Source: Dehalococcoidia bacterium (GTDB lineage Bacteria; Chloroflexota; Dehalococcoidia; Dehalococcoidales; CSSed11-197). From it: a stretch of 51,616 nt of DNA. The stretch is from positions 1 to 51,616 of the forward strand of contig PUOQ01000084.1 in NCBI GenBank assembly GCA_003552785.1, read 5' to 3'. Below, in pieces: positions 28,196 through 36,832 of this stretch. The notes under the pieces were generated by a model that ran no database searches, was not told the DNA's origin, and saw only the letters and a list, made by a program, of their open reading frames with translations. Both the position numbers and the translations under genes were made by a program. Position 1 is the first letter of the stretch; the number at the start of each line of letters is the position of its first letter.

Positions 28196-29008
28196 TTGAA
28201 ATTTCTTGAAAAGCTGAATTCATCTGTAAACTGCAATCAGAGCCTTATATGTATAGGACTGGATCCCGACACCAGCTTGATTCCCGATAACATCAGCCTG
28301 GAAGATTTCATCAGGCAGATTATTGAGGCAACCAGCGATCTTGTTTGTGCTTACAAAATTAACTTTGCTTTTTTTGAGGCCATGGGGAGTGAAGGCTATC
28401 ATTTCCTGCATGCAGCCCGGAGCCTGATTCCGCGGCATATACCGGTCATTGCAGATGCCAAGCGCGGAGATATCGGCAACACATCCAGGGCATATGCCAG
28501 AGCCATTTTTGAAAAGCTAGATTTTGATGCAGTAACAGTAAACCCTTATATGGGCTATGATTCAATACAGCCTTTTCTCGAGCATTCTGAACGTGGAATT
28601 TTTATTCTCTGCCGTACTTCTAACCCCGGGGCAAATGATTTCCAGAACCTGCAATGCCTGAAAGACGAAAATAAAACACCCCTTTATTTGCTTGTGGCGG
28701 AAAAGTCCAGGCAGTGGAACATACACGGCAATGTCGGGCTGGTAGTCGGAGCTACATGCCCGGAAGAACTGGGGTTAATTCGCAAACAATGCCCCGAAAT
28801 GCCCATTCTTATCCCCGGTATAGGACATCAGGGTGGAGATGTCCGTCTGGCAGTTGTAAATGGCACAGACTCAAACGGCAGAAGTGCAATCATCAACTCT
28901 TCAAGGCAGATAATTCACGCTTCCCGGGGTGATGACTTTGCCATCCAGTCACGCCAGGCAGCAAATAAATTACGGAAAGAAATAAACCAGTATCGCCGGC
29001 CCTTTTAA
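28196..29008 (+). CDS. pyrF: Orotidine 5'-phosphate decarboxylase (type 2)
   Basis: 270 aa with LICIGLDP, DAKRGDIGNT and VNPYMG. The start is TTG with a GAGG RBS. Confidence 0.88.
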   Translation: MKFLEKLNSSVNCNQSLICIGLDPDTSLIPDNISLEDFIRQIIEATSDLVCAYKINFAFFEAMGSEGYHFLHAARSLIPRHIPVIADAKRGDIGNTSRAYARAIFEKLDFDAVTVNPYMGYDSIQPFLEHSERGIFILCRTSNPGANDFQNLQCLKDENKTPLYLLVAEKSRQWNIHGNVGLVVGATCPEELGLIRKQCPEMPILIPGIGHQGGDVRLAVVNGTDSNGRSAIINSSRQIIHASRGDDFAIQSRQAANKLRKEINQYRRPF

Positions 29009-29027
29009 AAACTGGCGCCAAATCTTT

Positions 29028-29204
29028 ATGAGAGATATCCAACCAGGCTGTGTTCTAAAACTGAAAAAACAGCACCCCTGCGGCAGCAACGAATGGCTGG
29101 TTTACCGCACCGGGGCAGACATTGGAATCAAGTGCCTGGGTTGCGGGCGCAGGTTGATGCTCCCCCGTTCTAAAATTGAGAGCCGCATTGTGGAACAAAT
29201 CTAA
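29028..29204 (+). CDS. DUF951-family small protein (58 aa, not in the ORF track)
   Basis: My translation is MRDIQPGCVLKLKKQHPCGSNEWLVYRTGADIGIKCLGCGRRLMLPRSKIESRIVEQI. The HPCGS...IKCLGCGR..MLPRSK pattern is characteristic of DUF951. Confidence 0.75.
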   Translation: MRDIQPGCVLKLKKQHPCGSNEWLVYRTGADIGIKCLGCGRRLMLPRSKIESRIVEQI

Positions 29205-29319
29205 AAGTTAACCATTAATATTGTAAAACAGGAATTTTTGTAACATTTTTCCGGAGGGGGTTGCTAAATGCTCCCCCGGCATAGTAATCTATATAATCAT
29301 CAAAAGGGGGCTTTATAAC

Positions 29320-29523
29320 ATGGGAGATGTATTTGCTTTTTTCTTTGCTGGAATCTGGGGAATTCTGGTATTTGTAATCTCAATCGGCATTTATTTCCTG
29401 CCAACTATCATTGCAATCGCCCGCCGTCGTGACAATATTTTAGCTATTTTTCTGCTTAACTTTTTCCTTGGGTGGACTTTTATCGGCTGGGTAGTAGCCC
29501 TGGTCTGGTCAGTAAAAAACTAA
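29320..29523 (+). CDS. Superinfection-immunity-like small membrane protein (Imm_superinfect family)
   Basis: 67 aa with 2 TM segments and YFLPTIIAIARRRDNILAIFLLNFFLGWTFIGWVVALVWS. Confidence 0.7.
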   Translation: MGDVFAFFFAGIWGILVFVISIGIYFLPTIIAIARRRDNILAIFLLNFFLGWTFIGWVVALVWSVKN

Positions 29524-29544
29524 AGCTCCCGAAACCTCTTCATG

Positions 29545-30558
29545 CTAAGCCCGCTTTGAAGCAAAGCGAGAAATATCCTCAACAAGGATATGGAGGGCCA
29601 GCTCGGGTTCCCGGCGGCTGGTTTTAATGGCTGCATCGGTTTCAACTATTTTCCGGTAAAACTCTTTTAATTGAGGCAGGTGATAGCGTCTTGCCTGCCC
29701 CAGAGTTTTATGTAATATAAAATCATGGTTGATACCAAGCCTTTTTTTAATTTCATTTTCCCTGCAACCGTTGTTTTGCATGTCTTTTGCCACTATTACC
29801 ATGCGGACCTGGCGTGTAAGCATGGCAAGAATTTGAGAGGGCGAAGTTCCATCTTCGATCAGCTTTTTCAACTCTACTTCCGCCCGGTTGCTTTTGCCTT
29901 CGACCACTGCATCTATCATACGGAAAATATTGGCCTCGGGTGCCAGTGGTACCAACCTGGCAACATCCCGGGGGGTTATTTCTTTTCCGTCTGTAAATAA
30001 CAACAGTTTATCGACTTCGTTTGCCATCGACCAGAGATCCGGGCCAGCCTGTTCAACCAGAGCTGTCAAAGCGCCCCGGCTGATTGAACCGCCGTAGTCT
30101 TTAACCCGTTTATTTATCCACTCCTCAAGCTGCCTGCCCTTTAATAACGGGAATTCTTTGCAATTAACCTGGTCGCCGATAGCATTTACGAGAGGGTTAG
30201 ATCTTGAAATACTGCTGCCAGTCATGACAAGTATGGTTGAATCAGGTTTCTGGCAGACAATTTCTGCAAAGCGCCCGGCCAGCTTCTTATCCGGTGAAGG
30301 CAAAGTAGATTTTTTTGATTTTGCCCTGGACGCACCCGGTTCAAACCGGTCGATTAATCCCCGGATAATTACGAGTCTTTTTGAGGCCAAAAACGGCATG
30401 GCAGATATTATCAGGGCCAGATCATCGGGGGAAGCCTCGCTTGCCTCAACCTGGGACGTGTTGGCCTCTATCAGGTCCCCGGCATCAAGCTCACTTTTCA
30501 GCTTTGATAATTCTCTGCAAATTGAATAGGTATCATGCCCGGTGAAAATATAAACCAT
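29545..30558 (-). CDS. holA: DNA polymerase III delta subunit
   Basis: 337 aa. The N-terminus (VYIFTGHDTY), size and helical C-terminal domain pattern fit HolA; the call rests on overall resemblance. Confidence 0.72.
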   Translation of the reverse strand: MVYIFTGHDTYSICRELSKLKSELDAGDLIEANTSQVEASEASPDDLALIISAMPFLASKRLVIIRGLIDRFEPGASRAKSKKSTLPSPDKKLAGRFAEIVCQKPDSTILVMTGSSISRSNPLVNAIGDQVNCKEFPLLKGRQLEEWINKRVKDYGGSISRGALTALVEQAGPDLWSMANEVDKLLLFTDGKEITPRDVARLVPLAPEANIFRMIDAVVEGKSNRAEVELKKLIEDGTSPSQILAMLTRQVRMVIVAKDMQNNGCRENEIKKRLGINHDFILHKTLGQARRYHLPQLKEFYRKIVETDAAIKTSRREPELALHILVEDISRFASKRA

Positions 30559-30716
30559 AATACTGGCTCTACCCCACTATGCAACTATTTTAGCATAACT
30601 GAAAAATCCGAAAATAAAACTCTGGAAAAACCGGGAGGTTTTACCCTGGTTTGCCTTATAACAAGCTTCTGGTATATGATTTACACTGTTTTGATTTTAA
30701 ACAAATTTTACTCGAC

Positions 30717-31112
30717 ATGTTTGAAGTAGCCTTAGAATATTACGGCCTTGCAGTTCTCGCCTCAATAGCTACTATCCAGGCTGCTGCCAGCTATAACAAC
30801 ATAAATGGAATAACCTTTTTCAAAAACCGTAGCTTTAACTATCTTTTCTCGGCCATTATCATCATTACCTGCCTTGGGGCACTTCTTACCTGGAACTGGC
30901 GAAACCCGATCGGCATGGTTGAAGGCGCCCAGCAATTTTATATATTCATGCTTGGTCTGATCAGCGCTATTGCAGCTACCGCCATAATCTCCTCTATAAT
31001 CAACCACTCTAGATTTAACACAAACCAGGAACCACTCGAGGCGGGACTTGAAGGCTTGAGGGAGAGAACTTTTTATCAAGCTATCACTTTGCTCCTCAGG
31101 AGCAATAAATGA
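30717..31112 (+). CDS. Hypothetical membrane protein
   Basis: 131 aa from the ATG at 30717 with 3-4 TM segments. An ATGA overlap with the downstream PAP2 gene suggests coupling. Confidence 0.45.
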   Translation: MFEVALEYYGLAVLASIATIQAAASYNNINGITFFKNRSFNYLFSAIIIITCLGALLTWNWRNPIGMVEGAQQFYIFMLGLISAIAATAIISSIINHSRFNTNQEPLEAGLEGLRERTFYQAITLLLRSNK

Positions 31113-31690
31113 CCTGGCCCGGGCTGGACAGCAACCTGTTTTTATGGATTAACGGTCTCAGTGGCCAATTCTCTTTTGCTGACAACATCATGCGGGCCAT
31201 AGCAAATGATTACTTTGCCATAGTTACCAGTTGCCTGATCATGATGGCCTTATGGGTAGGAATCAGGAGTAAAAGGCGGCACAACCAGAAAGGAGTGATG
31301 CTTGCCTCGGCCAGTCTTGGAACATCACAGGGAATGGTTGAGCTTATTAATTCAATATATATGCGACCCAGGCCTTTCGATGAACTCGATGCCAACCTGG
31401 TGTTTTATACACCGACCGATCCTTCTTTCCCATCAAACTCGGCTACAGTCTTGTTTGCCCTGGCATGGGGAATATTTTTGTTTAACCGTAAAGCCGGTGC
31501 AGTGCTGCTTGCCCTGGCTGCAATACATGGCTTTTCCCGGGTATACGTGGGTGTTCACTATCCACTTGATATTCTGGGTGGTGCAATAATTGGATTGATG
31601 GTTGCCCTGTTTTTCCTGGTGCTATTTAAGCTATTAGACCCGGTCGTAAACCGCTTAATAAACCTTTTGCGCTTGTTTTACCTGGCTTAA
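31109..31690 (+). CDS. PAP2-family phosphatase (undecaprenyl-diphosphatase/BcrC-like)
   Basis: 193 aa with the three PAP2 motifs: RPRP, PSFPSNSA, and SRVYVGVHYPLDILGG. Confidence 0.8.
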   Translation: MTWPGLDSNLFLWINGLSGQFSFADNIMRAIANDYFAIVTSCLIMMALWVGIRSKRRHNQKGVMLASASLGTSQGMVELINSIYMRPRPFDELDANLVFYTPTDPSFPSNSATVLFALAWGIFLFNRKAGAVLLALAAIHGFSRVYVGVHYPLDILGGAIIGLMVALFFLVLFKLLDPVVNRLINLLRLFYLA

Positions 31691-31779
31691 TGATTTGATA
31701 TTGAAAACTATTGACTTGGATGCATGTAGATTGATTATACTGATTAGGCGAATTATCAACCAGCAACCGGAGGTGTATA

Positions 31780-32409
31780 ATTTTTAAGTTCAACATAACA
31801 CCGCAGGAAAAAAAGTTTTTCAAGCTGTTTGAGGACAGCGCTTCCAACATGGTTGAAATTGCACAGGCACTCAAAGATATGGTCACCACCTGGGACAAAG
31901 TCGATGAACGGGCAAAAACAATCTCGGACCTTGAACACAAAGGGGATGACATCACCCATGAAATTATTGCCCTGCTTCACCGTAGCTTCGTGGTGCCTTT
32001 CGACCGGGAAGATATAAATATGCTGGCTCAATCCATGGACGATGTTTCAGACCTGATCCACAGTGCGGCCGATGACATGGATCTCTACCGCGTCGGGGAG
32101 CCTACCAGGCAATCTGCAGAACTGGCCGATATAATTTTACTGGGAGCCGTAGAAGTTCAAAAAGCGGTCCCGCTGCTTCGGCGCCGTTCCGATCTGAAAA
32201 AAATGTTAACGCACTGTGTTGAAATCAACCGACTTGAAAACGCCGCCGACAGGATATACCGCCAGGCACTGGCAGAATTATTTGACGACCGGGCCCAGGC
32301 GATACGCGTTATCAAATGGCGCGAGATTTACCAGCACCTGGAAACAGCTACAGATAGATGTGAAGATGTAGCCAACGTGCTTGAAGGAGTGGCCCTGAAA
32401 CATGCTTGA
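31780..32409 (+). CDS. DUF47 (PhoU-like) phosphate-transport regulator, probably with an ATT start
   Basis: The track ORF starts at the ATG at 31849. The in-frame upstream sequence encodes (I/M)FKFNITPQEKKFFKLFEDSASN, which is the conserved DUF47 N-terminus. GGAGGTG (31769-31775) sits 4 nt before the ATT at 31780, and no ATG/GTG/TTG lies in frame after the TGA at 31741. Confidence 0.7.
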   Translation: MFKFNITPQEKKFFKLFEDSASNMVEIAQALKDMVTTWDKVDERAKTISDLEHKGDDITHEIIALLHRSFVVPFDREDINMLAQSMDDVSDLIHSAADDMDLYRVGEPTRQSAELADIILLGAVEVQKAVPLLRRRSDLKKMLTHCVEINRLENAADRIYRQALAELFDDRAQAIRVIKWREIYQHLETATDRCEDVANVLEGVALKHA

Positions 32410-33403
32410 GCCATCTTTAGTGGCTCTAATAGTAATAATTGTGCTGGCCCTCGGTTTCGGGTTGGTTAACGGCTTCAATGATGCAGCCAATGCTATAGCT
32501 ACTGTAGTCGGCACACGTGCCCTTTCTCCCAAAAAAGCCGTTATGCTGGCTGCTGTATTTAACTTGCTTGGGGCAGCCACCGGTTCTGCTGTGGCAATTA
32601 CAATCGGCAAGGGCATTCTTTCACCTGAAGCCATTTCGTATCAGACCATTATCGCCGCACTGGCGGCTGTTATCATCTGGACGACTACGGCTACCATTTT
32701 GGGCCTGCCAGTCAGCCTCACACATGGCTTTGTTGCCGCGCTTGCAGCAGCTGGAATAGCCGCCACCGGTGCCTGGGCTGTTAACTGGGGGGTAATTGCT
32801 ACAGTAGCGTCTGCGGTGGGCATAGCACCCCTTTTAGGTTTTACAGGGGGCTTCATTGTGATGATATCTTTGTTTTGGCTGCTAAGGCGAAATTCTCCAT
32901 CCAAAATTCAGGCTAATTTTGCCAAGCTTCAAATATTGTCTGCTTCCTTTATCGCTTACAGCCATGGCAAAAACGATGGACAGATGCCGATAGGTATTAT
33001 CACTATGGCATTTGTTTTTTACACCGGGCACGAAGGGCTATGGGACTCCATCCCCTTCTGGATAATACTGGCTTCAGCACTCTCGATAAGCACTGGAACC
33101 GCTCTGGGAGGTTACAGGGTCATCCGGACGCTGGGAATGCGCGTAACCACTCTCAGGCCGGTAAACGGTTTTGCCGCCGAATTCTCAGCAGCTTCAGTCA
33201 TAGAAGCAGCTTCAACCCTTGGAATACCGGTAAGCACCACCCACTGTATAAGCTCATCCATAATGGGGGTAGGGGCTACACGTCGCCTCTCAGCAGTCCG
33301 GTGGGGTGTAGCCGGTAACATAGTTGCCGCATGGGTAATCACTTTCCCGATTTGTGGCGGCCTGGGGCACATGTTCTCGTGGTTGCTGGGTTATGTATTC
33401 TAA
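32402..33403 (+). CDS. pit: Inorganic phosphate transporter, PiT family
   Basis: 333 aa with the GFNDAANAIATVVGT signature and its C-terminal repeat (HGKNDGQ). It overlaps the DUF47 gene by 8 nt. Confidence 0.9.
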   Translation: MLEPSLVALIVIIVLALGFGLVNGFNDAANAIATVVGTRALSPKKAVMLAAVFNLLGAATGSAVAITIGKGILSPEAISYQTIIAALAAVIIWTTTATILGLPVSLTHGFVAALAAAGIAATGAWAVNWGVIATVASAVGIAPLLGFTGGFIVMISLFWLLRRNSPSKIQANFAKLQILSASFIAYSHGKNDGQMPIGIITMAFVFYTGHEGLWDSIPFWIILASALSISTGTALGGYRVIRTLGMRVTTLRPVNGFAAEFSAASVIEAASTLGIPVSTTHCISSSIMGVGATRRLSAVRWGVAGNIVAAWVITFPICGGLGHMFSWLLGYVF

Positions 33404-33405
33404 TA

Positions 33406-34017
33406 CTAACAGCTCAAGTCCCTGGGTTGAACCCTCAGCTTTTCCGCTTTGATTATGGCAAGCATATCGTCAACCGCTGCATCAACCCGGCCGGAAGGGT
33501 TGTAGACCATATAATCAAACATAGGCAAATTATCAAACTCGCTACCGGCGGTTTTCAGGCGCAGCTCAAGGTCCTGCTCAGACTCGGTATTTCGCTGTTT
33601 AAGCCTTGAAGGCAAATCATCAAGATCGGGAGGGGTGACAAAAACAAAGCAGGCTTCGGGCATGTTGTTTTTTATGGTTTTTGCTCCCTGAATATCAACT
33701 TTGATGACAGCGTCCCTGCCTTTGTTTACCGCCTGCCTCACCTGCTCTCTGGGAACTCCATACCAGTTACCATAAACCTGGGCATATTCCAAAAATTCCC
33801 CACGGGCTTTCATTTCCATAAAGAGTGATTTGTCTACAAAATGATAATTGACCCCGTCTATTTCATAATCACGTTTGGGGCGCGTAGTAGCAGTAACTAT
33901 ATAATCCGCTTCGACGCCACGTTCTTTCATGCGGTTTAATACAGTATCCTTACCGGCACCAGAAGGCCCGGATACTACTAAAACAAGAGGCCGGAAATCA
34001 AGACAGTGGTTTTGCGT
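33406..34017 (-). CDS. gmk: Guanylate kinase (5' end unresolved)
   Basis: The track ORF (33406-33930) starts after the P-loop. Upstream in frame the sequence reads LVLVVSGPSGAGKDTVLNRM (P-loop codons 33969-33949). The frame is open only up to the TGA at 34038-34036 and contains no ATG/GTG/TTG/CTG/ATN. The coordinate 34017 (an ACG codon) is a placeholder. Confidence 0.8.
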   Translation of the reverse strand, partial: TQNHCLDFRPLVLVVSGPSGAGKDTVLNRMKERGVEADYIVTATTRPKRDYEIDGVNYHFVDKSLFMEMKARGEFLEYAQVYGNWYGVPREQVRQAVNKGRDAVIKVDIQGAKTIKNNMPEACFVFVTPPDLDDLPSRLKQRNTESEQDLELRLKTAGSEFDNLPMFDYMVYNPSGRVDAAVDDMLAIIKAEKLRVQPRDLSC

Positions 34018-34019
34018 TT

Positions 34020-34316
34020 CTAGCCCCTTCCTTTCTCAGAAGAGGCTGCGTCCGGTTTGATGACAGTGCCACCACGCATTACCTGCAAACGGCCAGTAAT
34101 GGTTTCAGGCGCCAGAGCCGCCAGCACAACATGACTGCTCTCAGTAAAAATCACCGCCTTGGTTCTGCGCCCGCTGGTCATATCTATCAATTTGCCAGCC
34201 GCCTTGGCATCCTGAACGGCTCTTTTTATTGGAGCAGAACCAGGCGAAGCGATAGCCACAACCTTATCCATAACCAGTATATTTCCAAAACCTATGTGAA
34301 CCATCTCTCCGTCCAT
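34020..34316 (-). CDS. remA: RemA/DUF370-family regulator
   Basis: 98 aa; VHIGFGNILVMDKVVAIASPGSAPIKRAVQDAKAAGKLIDMTSGRRTKAVIFTESSHVVLAALAPETI is the family signature. The conserved remA-gmk order is present. Confidence 0.8.
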   Translation of the reverse strand: MDGEMVHIGFGNILVMDKVVAIASPGSAPIKRAVQDAKAAGKLIDMTSGRRTKAVIFTESSHVVLAALAPETITGRLQVMRGGTVIKPDAASSEKGRG

Positions 34317-34501
34317 TTAAATACCTCTTTCTGGATTTAAAAAATAAACTCTTGCTTTTTTAAAGGAACACAGATATTATACCCTCTCAAGTATTAAGGT
34401 AGCAATCAACCCCTGTGCCTGATTTGATTTTCAAACTCCAATAATGTTTTAATGGGAGCCCTCTTTTCATTAGCTCAATAAATAATTATCGAGGTTGGAT
34501 T

Positions 34502-35344
34502 GTGTATAAGATATTAGAAACAAAAAACCTTGCAAAAAGTATCTACCTGTTTAGAATCGAGGCACCGCTCATTGCCAGCAAGGCCAGGGCAGGGCAATTT
34601 GTCGTCCTTAGAGTTAGCCCTAAAGGTGAACGTATTCCTCTAACCCTGGCTGAATGGGACCCTCAAAGAGGAACAATAACCATTGTATTTATGATAGCAG
34701 GGGCTACTACCTGCCAGCTATCGAAGCTAAAAGAGGGCGACAACATAACCGACATGCTGGGTCCACTGGGCAACCCTACCGAAATCACAAACTATGGTAC
34801 TGTAGCCTGCGTTGCCGGTGGATTTGCCATAGCCGTCATCCGCCCGGTAGTTAAAGCTTTGAAAGAAGCAGGAAACCGGGTGATTTCGATTGTAGGAGTC
34901 AGAACCAGAGATCTTTTGTTCTGGGAAGAGGAGTTGCGCAAAGAAAGTGACGAGCTTATATTAACCACTGACGACGGCTCATACGGGCGCAAAGGCATGG
35001 TTACCGACCCGCTGAAAGAACTGCTTGAGGGGCCGGAAAGCATAAACCGTGTTATTGCCATCGGACCTACGGTGATGATGAAGTTTATCTCCCTGACAAC
35101 CAAACCTTCTGGCATAAAAACCATTACAAGCCTTAATCCTATTATGGTTGATGGAACAGGCATGTGCGGTTGCTGCCGTGTATCAGTTGGGGGTGAGACC
35201 AAATTTGCATGTGTAGACGGGCCTGAATTTGACGGGCATCTGGTTGACTGGGACGAACTTATGAGCAGGCAATCAACCTACCTGGACCAGGAAAATCACG
35301 CCTATAAGTGCCTTACCGGCACCGGCGAGGAGCACCGGAGTTAA
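34502..35344 (+). CDS. NfnA-like / sulfide-dehydrogenase-type FAD/NAD(P)- and 2Fe-2S-binding subunit
   Basis: 280 aa with RAGQFVVLR, ERIPLTL and a C-terminal GTGMCGCCRV..KFACVDGPEF. The start is GTG. Confidence 0.8.
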   Translation: MYKILETKNLAKSIYLFRIEAPLIASKARAGQFVVLRVSPKGERIPLTLAEWDPQRGTITIVFMIAGATTCQLSKLKEGDNITDMLGPLGNPTEITNYGTVACVAGGFAIAVIRPVVKALKEAGNRVISIVGVRTRDLLFWEEELRKESDELILTTDDGSYGRKGMVTDPLKELLEGPESINRVIAIGPTVMMKFISLTTKPSGIKTITSLNPIMVDGTGMCGCCRVSVGGETKFACVDGPEFDGHLVDWDELMSRQSTYLDQENHAYKCLTGTGEEHRS

Positions 35345-35347
35345 ATT

Positions 35348-36796
35348 ATGAATAAACCTAAAATAAATAGAGTTGAAATGCCGCGACAGAAAGCAGACAA
35401 ACGTAAAGGCAATTTTAACGAAGTAGCCCAGGGTTACACTCACGAAATGGCAAAAACCGAGGCATCACGCTGTCTACAATGCAAGAAATACCCCTGTATC
35501 AAGGGCTGCCCGGTAAACATCGATATTCCCGGATTCATAAAAGCTATCAGGGATGATGACCTGCCTGGTGCGGTCGGCGTGCTTAAAAAAGATAACATCC
35601 TGCCGGGCATCTGCGGCCGCGTATGCCCCCAGGAAACACAATGCGAAGAACTCTGCGTATTTAATAAAAGCGGTAATGCAATTGCTATCGGGCGCCTGGA
35701 GCGCTTTGTTGCCGACTGGGAACTTAAAAATAAGGACAAGGTCAAACCTGTAGCTGTATCCCGGTCAACAGGTAAAAAAGTTGCCGTAGTCGGTTCAGGG
35801 CCGGCCAGCCTTACCATAGCAGCCGATCTTGCCCGCATGGGGCATGATGTTACGCTCTTTGAAGCCCTGCACACCACCGGCGGCGTTCTGATTTACGGTA
35901 TTCCTGATTTCCGGCTGCCCTCCGAAATAGTCGGGGAGGAAGTTGATAACATCAAGGCGCTGGGAGTCAAGGTTGAACTTAACTATCTAATAGGTACAAT
36001 TGAGTCGGTTGATGAACTCCTGGGCCGCTTTGATGCCGTTTTCCTGGGTACTGGCGCCGGGCTGCCCATTTTTATGAACCTGCCGGGGGAAAATTTAAGC
36101 GGTGTTTATTCAGCCAATGAATTCCTTACCCGTGTCAACCTGATGCAAGCATACAGGTTCCCCGAATACCACACACCCGTCAAGGTTGGCAAACAGGTTG
36201 CTGTCATCGGTGGCGGCAATGTTGCCATGGATGCAGCCCGTTCTGCACTCAGGCTGGGAGCCGATAAAGTATATGTCGTATACCGGCGCAGCGAAGCGGA
36301 AATGCCGGCAAGGCGGGAAGAGGTCGAAAATGCCTATGAAGAAGGTATTGAATTCATCTTTCTGGCCAATCCCACCCGTTTTCTGGGCGATGAAAAAAAG
36401 GTCCTCAAGGCTATTGAGTGCATACGCATGGAGCTGGGCGAGCCCGATTCCAGTGGCCGGCGGCGGCCATTGCCGGTATCAGGAAGCGAGTTTACACTGG
36501 ATGTCGACGTAGCCATAGTGGCACTGGGTACAAACCCCAATCCACTTATTACCAGCACCACACCGGACCTCAAAACAACGCGGTGGGGTACCCTGGTGTG
36601 CGATGAGGACACCGGCCGTACCACCTGCCCGGGCGTATGGGCCGGCGGAGACGTGGTCACAGGCTCAGCCACTGTAATAAGCGCCATGGGCGCTGCCAGG
36701 CGCGCAGCTGTTGACATCGACAAGTACCTAAAAGGGGACTACATCCGGCCCGGTCAATACTGGCGGGAATCAAAAGGAGAAGAACCCGCTGAGTAG
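35348..36796 (+). CDS. NfnB / GltD-like NADPH-dependent oxidoreductase (glutamate synthase small-subunit family)
   Basis: 482 aa with CLQCKKYPCIKGCPVNIDIP and CGRVCP Fe-S motifs, plus two dinucleotide folds (VAVVGSGPASL, VAVIGGGNVAMD). Confidence 0.85.
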   Translation: MNKPKINRVEMPRQKADKRKGNFNEVAQGYTHEMAKTEASRCLQCKKYPCIKGCPVNIDIPGFIKAIRDDDLPGAVGVLKKDNILPGICGRVCPQETQCEELCVFNKSGNAIAIGRLERFVADWELKNKDKVKPVAVSRSTGKKVAVVGSGPASLTIAADLARMGHDVTLFEALHTTGGVLIYGIPDFRLPSEIVGEEVDNIKALGVKVELNYLIGTIESVDELLGRFDAVFLGTGAGLPIFMNLPGENLSGVYSANEFLTRVNLMQAYRFPEYHTPVKVGKQVAVIGGGNVAMDAARSALRLGADKVYVVYRRSEAEMPARREEVENAYEEGIEFIFLANPTRFLGDEKKVLKAIECIRMELGEPDSSGRRRPLPVSGSEFTLDVDVAIVALGTNPNPLITSTTPDLKTTRWGTLVCDEDTGRTTCPGVWAGGDVVTGSATVISAMGAARRAAVDIDKYLKGDYIRPGQYWRESKGEEPAE

Positions 36797-36832
36797 TAAA
36801 AATGCTCCCATTCCATCTAATGCGGAGGCTAA

